Under the pieces are notes generated by a model that saw only the letters and a program-made list of their open reading frames with translations, did no database searches and was not told the DNA's origin. A stretch of DNA of 59,379 bases, counting the filler, from Sphacelaria rigidula (Eukaryota): the NCBI GenBank assembly GCA_964200075.2. It is 7 parts of 7 records of this genome, joined end to end, with 100 filler letters (N's around TTAATTAATTAA, not from the genome) between each part and the next. Parts side by side here need not be neighbours in the genome. Positions count along the whole stretch, not along the records: positions 8,499 to 16,896 come from CAXNAA020011282.1; positions 16,997 to 25,393 come from CAXNAA020011283.1; positions 25,494 to 33,890 come from CAXNAA020011284.1; 4 more parts are not named here. One strand, 5' to 3'. Made by a program: the position numbers and the translations under genes. Of this stretch, positions 13,201 to 26,161 are shown in pieces; position 1 is the stretch's first letter; every line of letters begins with the position of its first letter.

Positions 13201-14300
13201 CAGGCACATGTGCCGCGCGCATGACACTGAATGTTAACTTGTCTTCGCCACTACTTGTCGACAACAAGATTTTTTCAAAGCCCAAAATCGGCGCCTTTTG
13301 ACTATTAGCCACCGTTACCGAGCGACCAGAGCAAGGCTCAGAGTCATACATGCAGTCACGCGAAGGGCTCATATTACCTGTTGCAGCACTGTCTGCAATC
13401 CAAACCTCTTGCCCCCCGTCGTCAAGAACTGGTCAGTACCCTCGTGTACCATCTGCTGCAGGCGCGGATTCGTCAGGCTCGAGTGCTTTAAAACCAAAGG
13501 CTACTGAGTCCTTAAAAAGGTCAGGCGTGCACATTGCGACCATTTTGTGGAACTCTTTTGAATGTCGTTTTCCTCCGCACACCTCGCAAACACGTTCTGG
13601 GCACTCGTACTTAAAATGGCCAGTTTTGCCATAGTCGTAACAGGTGAGGTTTTTCCGATCTACGACTTTCTTCTTACCCGAGGAACTACCGTCACCCCCT
13701 GCTTTTCCATCTGACTGTGCATTTCTATCACTTGATCCAGCCGCGGGTTTCTGCGACTTCTCGCCCCCTTTTTTCTTTCTCCTGTAGCCGGAATCCTTGT
13801 TGCCTGCATACAAGGCACGGTTGTGATCACTACCACGCGAAGTACCGGTTTTCTTCAGAGACGGAAATTTATCCTTCACAACGGCTCGGGTCTTCTCAGT
13901 CAACAGTGATGGTTCGAAACGCAACTGATCTCGAATCGTGGTGTACTTAACGGGGAGGGAATGTAGGAATGTTTCCACTATCATCTCACGGGGAGAATCT
14001 CCAACCCAAACTTTACAGAACGCGAGTGCACTGACTGTAGTTGGATCCAGACCTCATCTGGATCCTACCCTTTTGTGTACTTCAGATTGTTGAACTCGTC
14101 TAAGACATCCATCCTAGCTCCCGAGGTTTTGGGACAGAACTGTTCGTCCAATGCACAAGCCTCCTAGACCCGCCGATCCGGTGAGTATTGTGTCAGCCCT
14201 AAACTATCTCGGGGCTGCTCTTTCCTGGGCTTCCAGCCGAGGCGGCCCTGTCCCCCCAGCTGTAGAACACGACTAGCTTGAGACGCTTTCCATCCTTAAA
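10230..14300 (-). mobile_element. Decayed Ty1/Copia LTR retrotransposon (gag-PR-IN-RT-RNaseH) with many frameshifts and stops
   Basis: Copia domain order: zinc knuckle CYDYGKTGHFKYEC; protease DSAATG; pre-integrase HQSHGHL..CKGC; integrase DDFTR/RSDGGGEF; RT SKWVF..KAKARL, VHVDDI, YREAVGSLMWL..RPDI; RNaseH YADANYA..SSTQAEH. No matching LTR pair was found. Confidence 0.93.
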
Positions 14301-15234
14301 AGCTGTGGTAGTCCTCTGGTGATACCACCAACGCCTGGGGTGGAGCCTCCAGCTCCTCCACCACACTCCGCTCTTCTCCTATACCGCTCATGATACAGCC
14401 TTACCTAACGTAATGTCTCTACTCTTATTCCAAGGAACGCGCTAGCGTGTTCGGGAGAGTCTAGAGTTATATGGCCTGAGCACTCACTGCTCAGCCAAAA
14501 ACATAGAAGGCAATCTCGCACAGCGTCCGCTGTCGAAGATGAAGTCACAGAAGCAGACGTGTATAATTGTCTTCTATTTTCTCATTTATATCAAACCGCT
14601 CATGGGTAGGAAAGCACACACACACTGAACACGGTGGGGCGAAATATGCGGAGGTGCATCATCGTCGAGAATCCTTCTCGAGCTACGGCAAATATCTCCT
14701 GTTTCACCCCGCAGAAACGTACCGTATACCACAAGATACCTCCCCGTCGTTTCCGGACCATTCAAGAACAGAAGTGAGAACAACGAACACTTTCAAGAAC
14801 ATCCCGAGAATCGATCCGAACCGTCGTTCTACAATCCCATTCCTGGAAATCACCAGTACCGTTTCCCATCGCTTAATCCGCCACATTTTCCTCCGATAGT
14901 CTCGTTATAGCATCCTGAATCTTACATTCACCATGAGTGAGATCACACGATTAACAACAATGTCACCACGGGGAAGCATTTTTCGCACGCAGAGTGTCTG
15001 TTGCAGTTACACCGGTGAGGTAGGGTGCACCAAATGAATGCCGTGCACATGCGTGTCGGTGACGATATCACCAGAGGAGCAACGGCGGAGAGGAAGCTCC
15101 TCGCCGGTGTCGTTTGTGTGTCCTCATTTGGCGATTACCAATCGCTGCACAGATTGGCATCATGTTTTAGTACTACAGTACTGGGCGGTCTAACCGTCAG
15201 CTTTTTGTAGTATTTTTTTTTCATGTTGATATAG

Positions 15235-15576
15235 TATGAATTGTGCGAAATTTATCTCTTCTTCACGCCGTCGTACTGCCCGGCCCTCCAGCCCATCGAG
15301 CTTTTCTGGGCTCACGGCAAGAACTATGTGGCCGGCAGATTCCAGATGAGACGGACGATGACGGAAGCGTGGGCGCAGCTGCGCGAGGGTTGGTATGGGA
15401 GGATTGTTGGCGGTCGACTGCAGGGGGCTGCGGACTGCGCCAAGCTGGTGAGGTATTGCTTGAAGGAAGTGCAGCTGTACATCGACCGCGACAAGATCTT
15501 CACCGGCACCTATGACGCACTGGAGGGTGTGCCGGAGGTATACAAGTTAGCAAGGAGTGCGGAATGGTGGAGGTAG
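15235..15576 (+). mobile_element. C-terminal exon of an IS630/Tc1/mariner-type DDE transposase (fragment)
   Basis: FTPSYCPALQPIELFWAHGK matches the PxYSPDLNPIExxW motif. It is preceded by a polypyrimidine tract and TAG acceptor at 15233-15234. Confidence 0.75.
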
Positions 15577-16074
15577 ACGATGATGTCTTCGCCAACGGCG
15601 CCGCTGGGGCCGCCGCCGCCGCGCCGACCTCTGCTGAGGTGACGGGGACATCGGAGGGGGAGTGCGGGCGGAGAAATATGGCTTTTGATCACAGTATGGT
15701 TCGCCGGTCAACCGGGGGTACATGACGAGGAGCGGAGCCGTGCATTGTTTATAAAGTCTACCCTTGGCGGGGTTGAATCATGCGTCGCCACTGTTGATGT
15801 GTGTGCGCGTGTGGAACGTGCGTGTTTGCTGGGACAGCACTCTACTGTACTGTCGTTGTGGTCTCACGGCGCCCTCATTCGCCTTGGGAAGTGAAATTGC
15901 AGCCATAACTTCCCACATGATGCCACCGGTACTGCACGGTGTTCGTACTTCGTTGGGATGTCGTCGGAAATGTACTGTGCTGCACGTTCAGCAATTACCC
16001 TCGCGTGATCATCTTCGTTTTGTTATGTTCCTTCTTTTTCAGGGCGTGTTTCAGTTTCGTTTTTCTTGGGCAAG

Positions 16075-16150
16075 TCTGTCATGAGACCAAGGCTGGACCC
16101 GCGCGGGGTCAGCCAAAGTGCGACAATCAATCAGTCAACCAATCGATCAA
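16075..16150 (+). repeat. 3' end of a LINE/SINE with a (CAAT)n tail; second copy inverted at ~30808-30892
   Basis: GGCTGGACCC..GGGGTCAG...AAGTGCGACAATCAATCA is shared by both sites and followed by a CAAT microsatellite tail. Confidence 0.7.
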
Positions 16151-17779
16151 CGGTGACGATGAGGCCGAGTGTTTAACTCCCACCACTGCGCGGCACACCA
16201 TCGTGGAAGAGACAATTCGTCTCTTGCCCATTGTAGTACAGCAGGACATGGACGCCTGTTCCTGGAATTGAAAATACCTGGGGGGCGGGGCCTCGTATCC
16301 CGTCTGTGTTTGATCATGCTTCCAATTTTTTATAGCGAACTGCAGCACACTCCAACCGAAATCGGTTGCCCACTGTGACACGAACTAGTGAACTAACACT
16401 TACATTATTAGCTGTCACGGTATCCACACGTTCCCAGCTTCATATATTTTGTCACGTGCACCGCCGATCACGCGGCAATACTGGGATGGCCGGGGGGGGG
16501 GGGGGACTGAAGAGCCGACGGGTTAATTTTGGGCACATTGGGGGGAAAAAAACTCATGCAGNNNNNNNNNNCCGCAGCTTCTCCGTAGGCCCCCGTCGCA
16601 ACCCTCTCAGCATGGTATCCGCCGTCAACGAGGAAGAGTGCACCGGTGGGGGGGGGGGGGGGGACTGAAGAGCCGACGGGTTAATTTTGTGCACATTAGC
16701 GGGATAAATACTCATGCAGGAACACCCTCGAAATATTTCGCCAATCGTGAATTCATGTGCTTAACATCGACACAACGTGAGTACCACGTGCAAGACGACC
16801 CCCCCCCTCCTTCCCGCTCCTTCGACACCAATGAGACAGCAAATACGCCGTGTCGATCTCTGGACGTGCCGATAAGACAAAAGAAAGCAACTAATTNNNN
16901 NNNNNNNNNNNNNNNNNNNNNNNNNNNNNNNNNNNNNNNNTTAATTAATTAANNNNNNNNNNNNNNNNNNNNNNNNNNNNNNNNNNNNNNNNNNNNATTT
17001 CGCGAAAAAAGTGCACCCCCACCGTAGCATTGCTCACCTTTCCTAGGCAAAAAACGAGAAGGTATACCTTTTCTAGGCAGTTGCCCAAATAAATTTAACT
17101 GCGCAAAGAGCGATTATTTCCGAGCGTTCAAGATCAGCACCCTGCAAACACTGAGGGCTCGTTCGAAATCAGCCGAAGAACTAAAACATGGGACATGTCG
17201 TGTCTCACTGTACTGCAGCACAAACACACTCACTTTCGCTCTCATGTGCTGTAGCTATCACTGTTCCAGTGTGTGTTTAGACCTTGCGAAGACGGTTTGG
17301 TCTCCGCTGAGATTGCTTGATGTGCTGTATTGTTGTGTTCGTCTCTCGATTACCAAGCTGTAACATGTATATGGTATCAGTCAGGACGCACTGCTGTCAA
17401 CACACTTAACTGTTGAAAATTTTAAATTTCATGTTACCCGGACCCATCACTTACGCGATACCGAACACTGCTGGGTAAAGGCACGCAACAAGCACCAGTA
17501 TACACCGCTCGACCGGCTGGGCCAGACCCCATGCTCCAATGAAAGGAGCGATGCACAGCACTGTGCGGATATACTGCACCGCCAGGGTACCGCCTGCACC
17601 CGTCAGCATGACGGCTGCTGCCGTTGGCATCGGCGCCAGCGCTCGCGGCCAGGGCAAGATGAATTTGGCAACCAGAGAAGCTGATGCATACTGTATACAG
17701 TCCGTCTTCAGGTTCCAAAACAAAAAAAACACTGCAAAACTGCCATGTTGTCTTGTGTTCTGTGTAGTACTCTGCACTC

Positions 17780-17998
17780 CATACACCACTGCAAAGTTAT
17801 CTTGTTTTCAGTGTACTTCCCTGTACTCCATATAATGACGTCATGGTTCGAGCAGTTTGTCGAAAAGTTCTCCTTGTTTTTTCAAAGTTCTCGTTTTTTT
17901 CCCAAGTATTCCGAAAAAAACGAGAGTGTTTCCTGTCACAGAAATCTAATGCCGAATCTGGAATAGCCTGACACAACAACTAATTTGAAAATTGGAAT
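17780..17998. repeat. Interspersed repeat family, three copies (also ~26810-27060 and ~27955-28218)
   Basis: Shared GTATTCCGAAAAAA(A)CGAGAGTGTTT(C/T)CTGT.ACAGA.ATCTA..GCC.AATCTGGAATAGCCTGA.ACAACAAC...TTTGA.AATTGGAA block. Confidence 0.85.
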
Positions 17999-19156
17999 CC
18001 TGCGTGGTAACTTGGCAGTTGCAGTAACCTCAGGGCAACCATCACGAGACAAATCTGATGCACAGGTGCACTCGAAACAAGAGCAAACTCAGATGGATTT
18101 CTGACGTTGTATCTTATCGTGCCTGTTTTCACTTAGTTATTTAGTTCATAGTGCAGCATGACATCGATCACGATGAGCATGCCATCACATATACATGAAC
18201 TTGATGCCAACGTATGTATATCGAAGGACCGCCGCAAACGCCAGGTACCGACCCTACGAACGAATCCTCTACAGTCGACAAAACTCTAAATGGCAAGTTG
18301 CAAAACTCGAACCCCCCCTCCTAATATTTTTGTAAAACTCCATCCTGGTTCCCAGCTTCACTGGTGTGCGCTGATGGGTACACCAGAAAGCTACAGCAGT
18401 CCCCAAAATACATGGTGTGAGAATCGTGCGTTTTCGTAAATGAAACGATGGACCTACAAACCAATTCTGATCCATCAGCGGCAATCCCTGTGACGGAGTG
18501 AATTCGGAACTATACCTCTCGTCGCTTCACAGGAAATTACTTTCAGCCAGGAATCATTCGTACCAAAGCTCTACAGTCATGTACGTCAGGGGTTGCACAT
18601 TTGGGCCCAGATCTCTTCAGGAATTCCGAAAGTTAAGGGCTACAAAGAAATATGGGTCAGGACATTCCCGTTTTTAATTCACTCGGGATATCCCTAGTCC
18701 ATTGGAATGCTAATCGTGGCGTGGTCTCAAATGTTTCATACGTTATTTTCGAATGAGAGAGGGTTGTTAACAATACACAGCTCTGAAAATATCTGTACAT
18801 CCCTACCGTAGTACCAGTCCCTATTCACGGACGGCTAGACGGCATTCCCGTAACCTATTTCTAGTTGCTCGCTACACTTACATTTAATTTTGCACACCTT
18901 ACGTGCGCAGCCTTCACTGAGAGCAACGAAGGCAGAAATTAATTGCTACTCTCGTCAAACGATACGTGTCTTGTGCTCCTCAGCGGGAGATATATACGCG
19001 AGCAGGGCGCGGCCTCTAGCACAGCAATGCCGGCTTGTTTTCGGCGTATCCCTCTCGCGTTCGTCAACACAAATGGCGTCGGCTGTTACAGAATATGCGG
19101 GCTATCTCAACAACTAAAACGCCGAAACGTACCATACAAAAACCATGAAGCATGCA

Positions 19157-22100
19157 TCAGACCCTTCCAGCACGTCTGACACCAATTCCAATCATGACCC
19201 CCACCGCCACCACAGTGACCCCAAAGGCGAACATAAATGCAGTGGTATTCCTCAGCCCCCCACGCCCACTCCATCCACCACTGCTCCGCACCACGACACC
19301 TTTCCCCCACCGCCCACCCGCTTGCGGCCTGACCTCATTCATAACTCCATCCTCCTCCGCCTCAGGCGGAAGGCCTAGGGCGCCCCTCACGACGCTCACC
19401 AGCTCTACAGCTTCTGGAGTATTTCCGGTTCCAAGAACGGGCGACAGCGGTACGGATACGCGACGCAGGTCGTCAAGCGTCGTCGGTAACGCGAGTGCGA
19501 CATCAATCAATATATCGCCGGAGCACACGTATGACGGACCGTCGTCCAGGCGCCGAGCAGTCCTGTCTCTCCACATGTAGATGTCTTCATACACGCGTAC
19601 GTTCAAATCTGTCCAACGGGGTGGCGTAAGCCTCTGCATTGCAGTTCTGAAATGCCGCTCCTTGTGCGCACCCTCGCGCTGAGCTTCGGCAGTTGGCCGC
19701 CAGAGAACAGACGCCGCCAGCTGCGCGCGATATACCGCTTTCCACATCAGCCGGATCCCATCGGTCTGCAGAACGGGGTCGTGCGGTGACAACTTCATCC
19801 CCGTGCCGTCACCGGTGGCGGCACCTTCCCCGACTTCATCAAATCCACCAAATGGTCGCTGGCTACTGGATGCTGGTTGTTTGTCAGGTATATCAGGGTT
19901 CATCACGACGGCCGATGGTATATTGACCATGGCAGGTGTAGCACTATTTGAGGCCGGTGCAGTCAGAACATCCAATGGTAGAGAGGGCGGCGAACAGGGC
20001 GCAACGCCGGGGTCATTTGACGTCAACTCTCGATCCACGACGCCCGCTTCATTGACTTCCGTCGCTTCTGCGGCCTGCTCGCCCCAGCCCTCCCACAAAT
20101 CCTCGTCTTCGTCTTCATCAGCATCATTACTGAGTAAACCATCGTCTGCGCCTGAACCGCCGCCGGCATCCATTTCCTCGCCAAACGAAATGCTCCCGTT
20201 TTCGCGCAGTTCATTATGAACACCCAACCCGTACGCCCACCCACTCCCTTCTTTCTGGCCCTCTTCATCGTCCTCCTCGAGCCCAACCGAAAAATCACTC
20301 TCGAGAAGATTTCGCGAGCTACTGCCGCCGCCAACAGAATCACACTCATGTATGCTCTCTAGATCAGAGCGCATAATGGACCCACTTCGGCTCCGTTGAT
20401 TCTTATGGCAGTCTTCGGGGAACTCCCACTCGACCGGCCAAGACTCCTGCGCCAATGCCACAGGAGACTCCGGTCCACCGGGGGCGATGACCACCCCCGA
20501 TCCCGTACACATCGAGGGCATTTGCCCTTCTGAAACTCCCACCGGGGAGGAAACGCTCCTGGGAGACGAGGAGGACAGAGCACCAGCAACTTGCAAGTCG
20601 AAATCAGCGTTGCCGTCCTGTCCCGTTGAGCCTTCTTTCACGTGGCCGGTAGAGGGACGCTGTAGGGATCGATCTTGGTCCTCTTGAAGGCGCCTGTCCC
20701 CGCACAAGCGGCCGTTGATCACTCCCACCTCCATCTGTCCCTGGGCATCTTCCCGGTTGTCTTCCGTATCTTCGGCCAGCAGGCGGATGCGCAGCAGCCG
20801 CCAGAGGGGAATCAAATAATGACTGTCGCACCTCGCGTAAAACAGCTTCTCCGATGTCAACGGTCGCTCTCGCCAGTCACAAGTCTTGAGTTTGTGAGGA
20901 TTACGAATTTCCAGGCAATAACGTTCGAAGCGCGCAATTGGGGGCGCGGGGGAGGACGGGGGGACAGGGGTTTGCTGAAGTTGAGTGCTGGCTGTACTGC
21001 CCTGTCGAGGAATACCAGCGAGGTTCTCAGGCGGTATCTCGGAACGGCTAAATGATGAAATTTTCAAAAATGATTCCACAGCAACGCTTCAAAGGCCGAG
21101 AAGCGATTAGCGGGTAGTAACGAAAATACCCGCACCTGCGGAAACTCTAACTGTACAAATGCTCTCCATGGGTTCAACATTCACTGCCGATATCGTGGGT
21201 ACACAACTGCGGCTACCAATCCGGGGTCACTCACCTGCATGCTGTGCTTAAGCCCGCTTATGTCGTGCAGCTCCTCCACACCCGCGTTCTCCAACGTAGT
21301 GGCTAAACCGGACTGCTTGTCGCCGAGCGCATGAGCCGCTTCCTTAACGAACGAAGAAACCGGAAATTATGCCACCACGCACATGCACACAGATGGTTCA
21401 GCCAAGGCAAGAGCACGCACGGGGTGCCGAGAGAGTTTCCACACGGTTTGACCTCCGATCACGACGAAAACGGTCGGAAGTCGCTCTGTACTCGGTGAGC
21501 TGCATGTCTCCCATCCTTGACATACGTCAACGCATTTGTCGCGTCACGAACAGTATTCTCCTTGACCAACACAACTTCGTTCTTCTCGAAAATACTCTCG
21601 CAATGCAAAACGCCCGGCTCGGCTACAATTTCAACCTTGTATCTTGTACAATGCGTCACATACGGTCACATGCCCCCAAAAAACAGCAACCAGCACCCGC
21701 ACTTCAACAACCCCTTCCCGCGGGATGGTGCGAAATTCAACGACCAGAACACCCCACGGTTTGCAGCCTCACCACGAACAACTTAAAACAGAAAGACACA
21801 CCTCCGTGTCCACAACGTTGACGATCACAATCCCGAAGTCTCTGAACAGACTTGGGACATCGCAGCTGCGAATGGAGTGGCCAATCTGCGAACGAAAAGC
21901 GAAAATACAGGAAACAACGGCCCAGGTTGAACGTTGTCTATACAGTTTCCTGACAACGACAAAAACAAGGTCCCGACACTCAAAGCTTGACCGCTTCTTT
22001 GTCATGCTTCTCTTAGCTGTGCATTGACCGGCGTTGTACGGCACGGTACATCGTCTACGATCAAAGACACACGCTTGCCTCGTAAGGTTCACGCTGTCCA

Positions 22101-23162
22101 TAGCACCAAACCGGAAATCGGTTTTGACTTCCAACTGCGATTGACCGAGTGGTGATTGTGATTATTACAGCTAGTGATCTTCGTCCGGCTCGGCAACAAC
22201 ACCGCATTTTTCTCCTCTGGGAACGTACGGTTGTGCATTTTCTCCGACGGTGGACACACACATCTGTACACGTCATTCCTGGCGATAAAAAATTATATAT
22301 GTATATATATATATCATCGCTGCTACGGTACATCGCACTGGTGGAACTCAATCTTCAACTCCGAAACGCGTCTCAACATTATAGTTTTACTGTTGAGGTA
22401 CTTATGCCCTCGCATATATCAAGATTCCATGCTGCACCTCATCCGTTCCCATCATACCTTCAATATATCGGGATTGGAAAAGACTCCTCTCAGGAGCGAC
22501 ATCGAATCCCACATTCCCTCCGCCAGGGGGTCCACCACGTAGTCCTGGAATATAAAGGCAATCAGAGCACAACACACCACAGCAAAAACAGCACATGGTA
22601 ATGATTTGACTTAATTTGGATTATTAGTCTATAACAGCTTTGTATTATCGTCTGGGGCGTGAGCAGCCGCGACGGGGAAACTGCGATACTCCAAATAGTG
22701 TGAGCGTTGGTCGGACATGGCGGGGAGGATATATCGCCTTGATCACAACACCTACAGGTGTATCCACCAACGTACCTTACCTACAGACAGGTCCATCCAT
22801 CAAAGGACTGTGCATTGGACAACTCCACTCATAAAAAAATCTACAGGTCGGCATCAGTTGGAATACCATGAATACAACACCTGAATACGATGTGTACAAC
22901 AACCAAGCTGTACGAGCCAACCTCAATAACTTCACATGCGTTCATTTACACTCCGAAAGCACATGAGATGGTAAGGGCGGGGACAAGTCTAGGACAATCG
23001 CATGGATATCACCTGTTGTCATATTTGTTACACAGCGCCCACCTCTGTCACCGTCGAAATTTGCAGCAAACAAGTGAGCCCGTGAAACGTGCGCGCGCTG
23101 TGAGCCTCCAGATCGAAGCCGAACTCAGTGCATGCTTCAAGCGCACTGACCAACGACGATAG
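19157..23162 (-). CDS. RRP6-like DEDDy 3'-5' exonuclease with HRDC domain, 5'-partial; exons 23162-23043, 22544-22458, 21885-21802, 21342-21235, 20884-19157
   Basis: All junctions are phase 0 with AG/GT. ExoI FGFDLEAHSARTFHGLTCLLQIST; DYVVDPL; ExoII region IGHSIRSCD..LFRDFGI; ExoIII DWRERPL..LFYARCDSHYL; HRDC WRDRTARRLDDGPSYV..LPTT. Confidence 0.9.
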
Positions 23163-25693
23163 CTGTCGTCCCAAACAACAAAAGAGAGAGAAAAATGAAA
23201 CATGACAAATAGGGGGAAAGGCGGGGCGAGTGGGATCTCGGGGCCAGGGAAAGTTATCGATCTGCTGGTATTGGAACTATGCGCTGCCTTGCGACCAAGA
23301 CAGGCTAGGTAGTTTTTGGGGTACATCGCACCAACGCGAGGGAATGAAGGACTGACAGAGTTTCCTCAATGATTGGTTTTAACCGGAGAGATGTTCGAGT
23401 CACGACGAGATTTTCATGATTGACAAGGACGAGTGCCGAGCGAGGGTACCTCTTGTGAACTCCCCGAAGAAAATGGCCGGCCGGTGGCCACCAGGAACTT
23501 TCAATGATGGGGATGCACCGAGTGATATTCTTCCGTGCGCACCTGCCCAACGACGATGTATATGGTCACGTGCAATCTGAGTGACATATCTGTAGAATAA
23601 TGTAAATCATGCTTGTGCAAGCATGGCATACACGAAAAAAATAGTCGCGCTCATGTGTGTCAGGCAAGCCCGCGCCCCCATGATAAACAAAATGCCGTAC
23701 CATGGACTTCAGGGCAGCGCAGTTCAACGAAGTTCTATGATATGTTATCTCCAATAACAGCAGTCCTGCAGTGTCGCATAGCGAAGACGAGTAAATTACA
23801 GTACGAAGTACCGCATCTCACACGTGGATGCATCATGTATGCCAGGTACTCTGTCTTCGCTGCTGAACATTACAGGCGTGAACTGAGTCAAGCACAGTGA
23901 AATACAGTAGGTCTGCAGCACAGAGCAGTGGTGTCGCATGTCCTGTCTGTACAGGTGGCGTGCTTTGCCTTCATTTTTTTATGGATGCCACATAGCGTCG
24001 GATCACGTCAATATACTACACGCCGCCGCGGCAGACTTCACACGTCCGAAATGTCGTTCTGTTCCGCTCTGTTTTACCCCTCTTTATGAGCGGTTGCCCA
24101 ATGCTGTAGATTCATATGACAATAAGTTAGCAGCGGATGCCTCAGTCGGTACACGCGGTACTGTACTAACCCGCGGTGTGTGCGTTGTACCAAGGCTCAG
24201 CATATTTCCCAGTTTCGGCGGCCCTGCCTAAAATTTCCGCCGCCCCTGGGACGCACTCCGGCGGTGGATATAGACAGGGTGTTTCTTCGTCTGTGTTGAA
24301 CCCTTCAGGATCTGCGGCCCTCTTGACAACGTGTCGACACGGAGTTTAGGCGCTACTTTTTTCTTCTGTTTTCCGGCTGATGGTGAACCATGTCACATCG
24401 GCAGAGGGCGAGAGATCAACCAGCCAGCGGCCAAAAGCTAGCAGAGGACTGGTTTCATTTTCTTCAAAAACATGCCACGTCACTGATGCTACCGCGTTTC
24501 AGACCGTGTAGACAGTGTTGAGAGCAGCTCAGCCGTTTGCATGAGGAAAATAACTCGATTCGAATGATTACTCGTTGCTTCAGTTTAGTGTCGAAATTCA
24601 TCACCGAGATATCGGCATCCTCCGGCTTGTATTTTTTGGACATGATCCATTCTCAACCACACAGCGCACCAACGAACAGCAGGAAAGGCAAAAGTAACCG
24701 CCCTAGCACAGTGACTGGGCGACGCAGCAATGCCAGCTTGGTGGTTTGAGTGCAAGCCTGGTCCGGCGAAAACCCGGCGTGCTCCGCCCCGGCTTTGTAG
24801 GGATGCGAGGTCAATGGTCTGATGACTATGGCATGCATGATCATGAGTACACCCCCCCAGCCACGGCTGGAAGCACCGTGTTCGGGTGCACAGGTCACCA
24901 ACAAACTGTATTACACAAAAAATACAGTTTTGCAGCATTCGCTGACATGTGATGCCGGTACCCACATGGATTCGGCTGGCACTTTCATCCACACACTAGA
25001 TACCGTTGTTGGTCCGCAATTGTTCTCGGTGCAAAACCTCCAAAGACACGTCGCTGCTGCCCAGACATGGTGCTGAAAGAGAAGTCCATCGGTGACAGGT
25101 CCGAACACATGTCCGTACACACAGGATCGTATCTGCGGTGTTGTGCTGTGCTGTGCTGTCCTACTTCCTCTGTCCCATAAGTAAAGTTCGTTAACGGCTT
25201 TTAATCGTTTGTTCACTCAAACTCTTCCGATCATCCCATAGTTGGGTTCACAGGAAGGATGAAGCGCCAACGAAGCTGATGCAAAAAAAAAAAAAAGTTA
25301 GTGGTCCATACTAAAATGACGTCAAAATGCACCCATTTTGGCCCAATTTTGGGGCAGTTAGAGCCAAAGAGTGAGAAAATTTGGGCGGGGGTGNNNNNNN
25401 NNNNNNNNNNNNNNNNNNNNNNNNNNNNNNNNNNNNNTTAATTAATTAANNNNNNNNNNNNNNNNNNNNNNNNNNNNNNNNNNNNNNNNNNNNCAGTACC
25501 CGCACGTCCGCATAATTATATCCGTACGTGTGCATGTTCACCCAGTGTACCTGTTCACATGAACACAGGGCACCCACGGGGCAAAACAAACTACATGGCC
25601 CACGCTCAACTATTTATGCTCAACGTGCATATAGTCGGTAGACAGAACAAAAGAGTGCGAAGAGCCGAAGCAGCATACCATCCTAGTACACTG

Positions 25694-26161
25694 TATATGC
25701 TCTCCAGACATCCCAGTGACACAAAGTCGTGAACTTCAAAAGCACTGTCTACTACGTGCTGAATGATGTTCCAGGTAAGACGCACTGTGGACACTACAAT
25801 TTGTGAACAGGCACACTATTTACTCTATATAAAAGAAGTAACATTTCACCTGGTGCGACCAACACGCCAGCGACCCCTCCCCTCCGAAGGTTTGTGGTCG
25901 GAGCATGCCAGTGTTGACTCTACACAAGCAAGGGTTGGACACCATGTCATGGTACGACCACAAACCTTCGGAGGGGAGGGGTCGCTGGCGTGTTGGTCGC
26001 ACCAGGTGAAATGTTGCTTCTTTTATATGGAGTAAATAGTGTGCCAGTTCACAAATTGTAGTGTCCACAGTGCGTCTTACCTGAAACATCATTCAGCACG
26101 TAGTAGACAGCGCTTTTGAAGTTCACGACTTTGTGTCACTGGGATGTCTGGAGAGCATATA
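25694..26161. repeat. Long near-perfect inverted repeat (arms ~207 bp, loop ~54 nt)
   Basis: 25694-25900 is the reverse complement of 25955-26161 with about five mismatches. Confidence 0.95.

Noticed and set aside
16490-16720. Short tandem duplications around 10-11-N gaps (also ~1205-1305 and ~6140-6385)
   Set aside because: They flank small gaps and homopolymer runs, so they are probably unmerged contig overlaps.
18489-18855. Solo LTR (TGTGACGG...CCGTAAC)
   Set aside because: The terminal CA and a TSD are missing.
24751-24858. Hammerhead ribozyme (CGAAA at ~24767 and CTGATGA at 24819-24825)
   Set aside because: Other subfamily-B copies read CTTATGA, and stems I-III cannot be built in the correct geometry.
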